DNA of 12,058 nt. It comes from Methanobacterium sp. (GTDB taxonomy: Archaea > Methanobacteriota > Methanobacteria > Methanobacteriales > Methanobacteriaceae). The translations under genes were made by a program, and so were the position numbers. Below are positions 8,590 through 12,058 of this stretch, one piece after another. Positions within the stretch are counted from its first letter, which is position 1, and each line of letters opens with the position of its first letter. Under the pieces are notes generated by a model. That model did not search any database. It worked only from the letters and a program-made list of their open reading frames with translations, and had not been told where the DNA came from. The stretch spans positions 705 to 12,762 of the forward strand of contig PMWA01000110.1 of NCBI GenBank assembly GCA_003166335.1. Direction: 5' to 3'.

Positions 8590-8754
8590 ATGGAAAAAAA
8601 TATTAGATTAATAATAGGTTTATTATTGGTGATTTTTGCAGCGGTTGTTTTTTGGTTGATATTTGGAATAGCTGGTCTTGTAGCTGTGATTATTATTATA
8701 ATAGTTACATTGTGGTATTCAAATAGGAATAAAAAGAAATTACTTAAATCTTAA
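8590..8754 (+). CDS. Small two-helix membrane protein, 54 aa (not in the ORF track)
   Basis: MEKNIRLIIGLLLVIFAAVVFWLIFGIAGLVAVIIIIIVTLWYSNRNKKKLLKS*; AGGGGA RBS upstream of the ATG; ~36-residue hydrophobic stretch, basic tail, then a hairpin and T9 tract. Confidence 0.7.
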   Translation: MEKNIRLIIGLLLVIFAAVVFWLIFGIAGLVAVIIIIIVTLWYSNRNKKKLLKS

Positions 8755-8766
8755 ATATGATCTGAG

Positions 8767-8800
8767 AATGCTCCAAATGCAGCATTAAACATTTTTTTTT
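8767..8800 (+). terminator. Possible terminator after the 54-aa ORF
   Basis: AATGCT-N8-AGCATT stem (8767-8786) followed by a T9 run (8792-8800). Confidence 0.35.
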
Positions 8801-8913
8801 GAAAGTATTTACTTACACTTACTTTTTTTTAATTGAGCTTTACGGATTTTCATATTGTGAATTTTATTGTATTTCTTTAAATAAGGTAATTGTTAAACCA
8901 TTATTTTATGGAA

Positions 8914-10044
8914 CTATTTCATAAGTTCCTCTTCATTTATATCTTTTATTGGAGCTAGATTTACCTTACTAAATGGTTTTAATAGTGGTCTCATATTACG
9001 CCAGTTATTTTGAATTTTATAGATTTGATATAATCCTTTTTTTGTATAAGTGCGGTTTATTTGAATAGGATTGATTGGATCAATATAATCAGGTACTACT
9101 GGATGTTTCTTAATAATTTTTAATGAGTCTTCAAATTCTTTCACTGCTGTTAAGGTTTTTTTAAGGATACTTCCATTTAAGTGGGAATATTCAGAATCCT
9201 GAATGATGGAGGGAATAAGTGCTGAAGTATAATGCTGTCTGAAACCTGGATATGGATGTGGATATTTATCTAATTTTTCAAAGTTATACTCATTCTTCCC
9301 TAAAAATCTAAAGACGGTGTATGTTGCAAATGTCCATAAAAAAAATGCTTCTTCTAATGATTTGAAATATGGTTGAATATCTTCCTGTAAATTTAGATTA
9401 TTTTGATATCGATTAATTATATTTTTAATAACTATATTAGCTGCATAACAATCAGCATCAAATTCTAGAGTTTGGGAATTTAACTCTGATTTTTTTCCTA
9501 GTGAATTTATAATTTTAAATATGAAATTAGTTTTTTTATTTATAAAATCTAGATGGCCATTTATTATATGTGCATATTCATGTAAAATTAGAAATAATGT
9601 AGTGAAATAGAACAGCCCCTCTGCATAAATTTCTCTTTGTTTATCTTTAGGTTTTATTATTTCCTTTAAATTATTTATATTAAAATCAGGCTCTATTTCA
9701 TTTTCATTATTACCAATATAACTTAATACGTTTGGAAATGACAGTGAATAGTTAAAAAATGAATATAAGTTAAGAATTGTTCCCTTATTGATGCCAATAT
9801 AGTATGAATCATTATTTTTGAATGAGTAGGCATTAAATGATTTATTATCAATAAAATTAATATGTACGTCAGGCAATTTTGAATTATATTTCCTTAAATC
9901 TTCTATTATTCCTAATCCTATTTTGCGTGCTTCTATTAGAAGAGATGATAAGAATTGATTTTGTTTAAGATGGAATCTACCACCATATCTTTTTGTTATT
10001 TCATCAAAGATATCATCGTTATTCATATTTAATCCTTCATCCAT
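8914..10044 (-). CDS. Soluble HExxH zinc metallopeptidase-like protein (Lit/U49-like or M48-like), 376 aa; start corrected from 10245 to 10044
   Basis: Ordered motifs FNAYS, LILHEYAHIINGH (HEYAH at 9568-9582), LEFDADCYAA and HPYP.FR. AGGGGA RBS precedes the ATG at 10044; no signal peptide from that start. Confidence 0.75.
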   Translation of the reverse strand: MDEGLNMNNDDIFDEITKRYGGRFHLKQNQFLSSLLIEARKIGLGIIEDLRKYNSKLPDVHINFIDNKSFNAYSFKNNDSYYIGINKGTILNLYSFFNYSLSFPNVLSYIGNNENEIEPDFNINNLKEIIKPKDKQREIYAEGLFYFTTLFLILHEYAHIINGHLDFINKKTNFIFKIINSLGKKSELNSQTLEFDADCYAANIVIKNIINRYQNNLNLQEDIQPYFKSLEEAFFLWTFATYTVFRFLGKNEYNFEKLDKYPHPYPGFRQHYTSALIPSIIQDSEYSHLNGSILKKTLTAVKEFEDSLKIIKKHPVVPDYIDPINPIQINRTYTKKGLYQIYKIQNNWRNMRPLLKPFSKVNLAPIKDINEEELMK

Positions 10045-10568
10045 CAGAGAATCCCCTATAGAATTAACCAATAATTTAATTTTTAATATTAATATAGTTA
10101 TTTTTAGGATAGAATCCCACAATAATTTAACTTCAGTCATCTTCAGCGGTTTAAAGAAGTTCATAAAAAAAATTTCATCTATAGAAAGTGATTCCTGTAT
10201 AATAAGAAATGAAATCAATATTGTTATGAATAATTTTTTTATCATTACTTAGATAACAAATCATAAAAAATGGGTAAATGTAATGTAATTTTATCAATAC
10301 ATACAGCCCCATAATAGAAAAATAGTCATTTCTCAAAATTTTTTTTGATATTATATTAATTTTCATCTGAAATTACGAAGTTCAGTATTTCTATATTTTT
10401 TTTAGCCATTTTTTTTTAAATTGGTTTATTGAGAATCAATGGGATTAACTTTAGTGAATTAGATATAAATATTGTGGAGGAAAGTTATTAAATTAAAAAA
10501 ATGTGCATTTTTTACCATCAGTCAAAAATTTACTTTAATTTTTAGATTTAAAAGGGTGAATTAATTCT

Positions 10569-11105
10569 CTGAAAAAAATTATTATCTTAGGAATTATAGT
10601 TTTAGTAATAGTAGTGGTTGCTGTAATCGGTGCAATGGGTTTCACAAGTTTCAAATTTTTTAATAACAATACTGCAACTTATACTGATGGGGTTATAGTT
10701 TTCAGTTATCCTTCAAATATGACGAATACTACAACTAATACTGGTTTGGGTAATCAGGGAGTTTGGAATTTCACTGCTAGTTTTACTAATGATAATACTT
10801 GGTTACTTGTGGGTAAAACATCTTTATTTACTAATCCACAAAAATCCAGCAGTGTTTTTATTACATATCTTCAATCTAGCAATGGGCAAGTTGTATCAAA
10901 TGCTTCGGCATCAATTAATCCTAATGGAATTCAAGTATATCGTTACGCATATACATTGAATAATGGCACTCGCGTAACTTATTATGAAATGGATTTTGCC
11001 AACAAGGATAATAGTACTGTTTACACCATTAATGTATGGGGTTTTAATCAGAATCAGTCACAAATTATTGCTAATCAGATATTTAATTCACTAAAATTAA
11101 GCTAA
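10569..11105 (+). CDS. Membrane-anchored/secreted PsbP-like protein, 178 aa if started at CTG 10569
   Basis: The frame is open from a TGA at 10557-10559 and gives (M)KKIIILGIIVLVIVVVAVIG. FSYP early, a beta-rich body and a C-terminal IFNSLK resemble the PsbP/Mog1-like fold; rich in Asn/Thr/Ser. Confidence 0.7.
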   Translation: MKKIIILGIIVLVIVVVAVIGAMGFTSFKFFNNNTATYTDGVIVFSYPSNMTNTTTNTGLGNQGVWNFTASFTNDNTWLLVGKTSLFTNPQKSSSVFITYLQSSNGQVVSNASASINPNGIQVYRYAYTLNNGTRVTYYEMDFANKDNSTVYTINVWGFNQNQSQIIANQIFNSLKLS

Positions 11106-11319
11106 AAAAAAAATAAAGTCTTGCGTCAATTGTATTAAGGTTAGTTTTAATAGCAGTCCGTCCATAAATAAATTAACTGGTATTTAAAATCGTTTTTATG
11201 AATGTAAAAATTAATAAGAATTGAGTTATATATTGATAATTAAAGAATTTTAAAAAATTTTTTCATTATTTTTTGAGAAAAAAAATTATATATTTTATTT
11301 GATGGGGAGTTTTGAGAGT

Positions 11320-11598
11320 ATGAAATATTGGATTACTGAAGTTTGTCATGGTGAAAACCATATTGAAAAGGTGAAGATTTTTAAAAATACATCTAAACCT
11401 GAAATATGGACTAAAGATGAGGTTGTTGAAAGTATAAAGAATGGAAATGATATTTATACTATGATTAAAGTGAAGGGTGAATGGAGAGTTGGCTCTAAGG
11501 TGAAAACATTCCAAAGAGATGGAACGGATTATATTCACACTGTTCCAGATGAAGTGTCACCGGATAATTTAGGTCAACTTACTAAGTTTATTTGCTGA
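11320..11598 (+). CDS. DUF3892 domain protein, 92 aa (ATG at 11320 preferred)
   Basis: Pattern ITEV...HI..V...EVV..I..G..IYT.....W..G..V.....G..YI.T..D....DNL..L..F; GGGGAG upstream. Confidence 0.75.
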   Translation: MKYWITEVCHGENHIEKVKIFKNTSKPEIWTKDEVVESIKNGNDIYTMIKVKGEWRVGSKVKTFQRDGTDYIHTVPDEVSPDNLGQLTKFIC

Positions 11599-11788
11599 TT
11601 TTCCTGTAATGGGATGTTAAACATTTTATTTTTTTAAATAGGTTATAGATAGTTTTCCTATATATTATTGACATTTAAACCAGAAAAAAATTAAATTTAA
11701 GAATTTTTAATCATTAATTTATGTTTCTGGATGATTTCTACTGAATTATCATTAAATTACGTAAGTATTTTTTTCTTTACTAAATTTT

Positions 11789-12058
11789 TTATTGGATTGC
11801 TTTGGTGGATGTGGTTTTTGAATCTACTTTCACTCGGCTCATTAGTATGAAGGCGATTACCAGTAGTATTGCTCCCATCCAGTATGGTGCGCTGGGCATG
11901 ATTCGATCATAAACGATTCCAGCCCATAGTGGGCCTAGTACATTCATTAAAGCAAATAAGGAGGTGCTTACTCCGAATATTTCTCCTTGTTGTGAGGCTG
12001 GTACACTTTTAGAGAGAAGCGCGTAAATGGTGGGCATTCTCAATGCTGCTCCTACACT
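11789..12058 (-). CDS. MFS transporter (DHA1/TetA-like exporter), C-terminal part; gene begins beyond the window
   Basis: Frame open to the window edge; PTIYALLSKSVPASQQGEIFG...LMNVLGPLWAGIVYD matches the last helices of DHA1-type MFS proteins. Confidence 0.85.
   Translation of the reverse strand, partial: SVGAALRMPTIYALLSKSVPASQQGEIFGVSTSLFALMNVLGPLWAGIVYDRIMPSAPYWMGAILLVIAFILMSRVKVDSKTTSTKAIQ

Noticed and set aside
10045..10245. Signal-peptide-like 67-aa extension of the peptidase
   Set aside because: No RBS at 10245 but a clear AGGGGA before ATG 10044; composition looks like translated AT-rich spacer. Not fully excluded, and if real it would argue against a cytoplasmic role.
11266..11538. 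90-aa minus-strand ORF
   Set aside because: Antisense to the DUF3892 gene.
1..12058. tRNA, rRNA, CRISPR array, IS element or integrase
   Set aside because: No cloverleaf or T-loop signature, no regularly spaced repeats, and no transposase or recombinase motifs seen by eye.

Overview
Very AT-rich window. The gene repertoire (GT39-type membrane glycosyltransferases, DUF5518, a PsbP-like secreted protein) and GGTGA/GGAGG-type ribosome-binding sites suggest a Methanobacteriaceae-like archaeon (inference). Left part: two tandem, recently duplicated GT-C glycosyltransferase genes at an exact 1900-bp offset, with about 27 of 249 comparable residues differing. Next is a small-molecule/detox-type cluster: a nitroreductase carrying a 54-bp in-frame internal duplication, a Pro-1 tautomerase, a GC-richer SnoaL/NTF2 gene and a divergent TetR regulator. 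SpoIIM/DUF95 and DUF5518 membrane proteins follow. Right part (~7060-11790): a low-coding-density accessory stretch with an ORFan, an uncalled 54-aa membrane protein, a soluble HExxH metallopeptidase resembling Lit (U49)/M48, a PsbP-like secreted protein that seems to need a CTG start, and DUF3892. The window ends in the 3' end of an MFS exporter. I saw no tRNA, rRNA, CRISPR array or mobile element. The best candidate for new biology is the Lit-like peptidase, as a possible archaeal antiviral effector; this is unproven. Family assignments come from motif recognition by eye, not from database searches.
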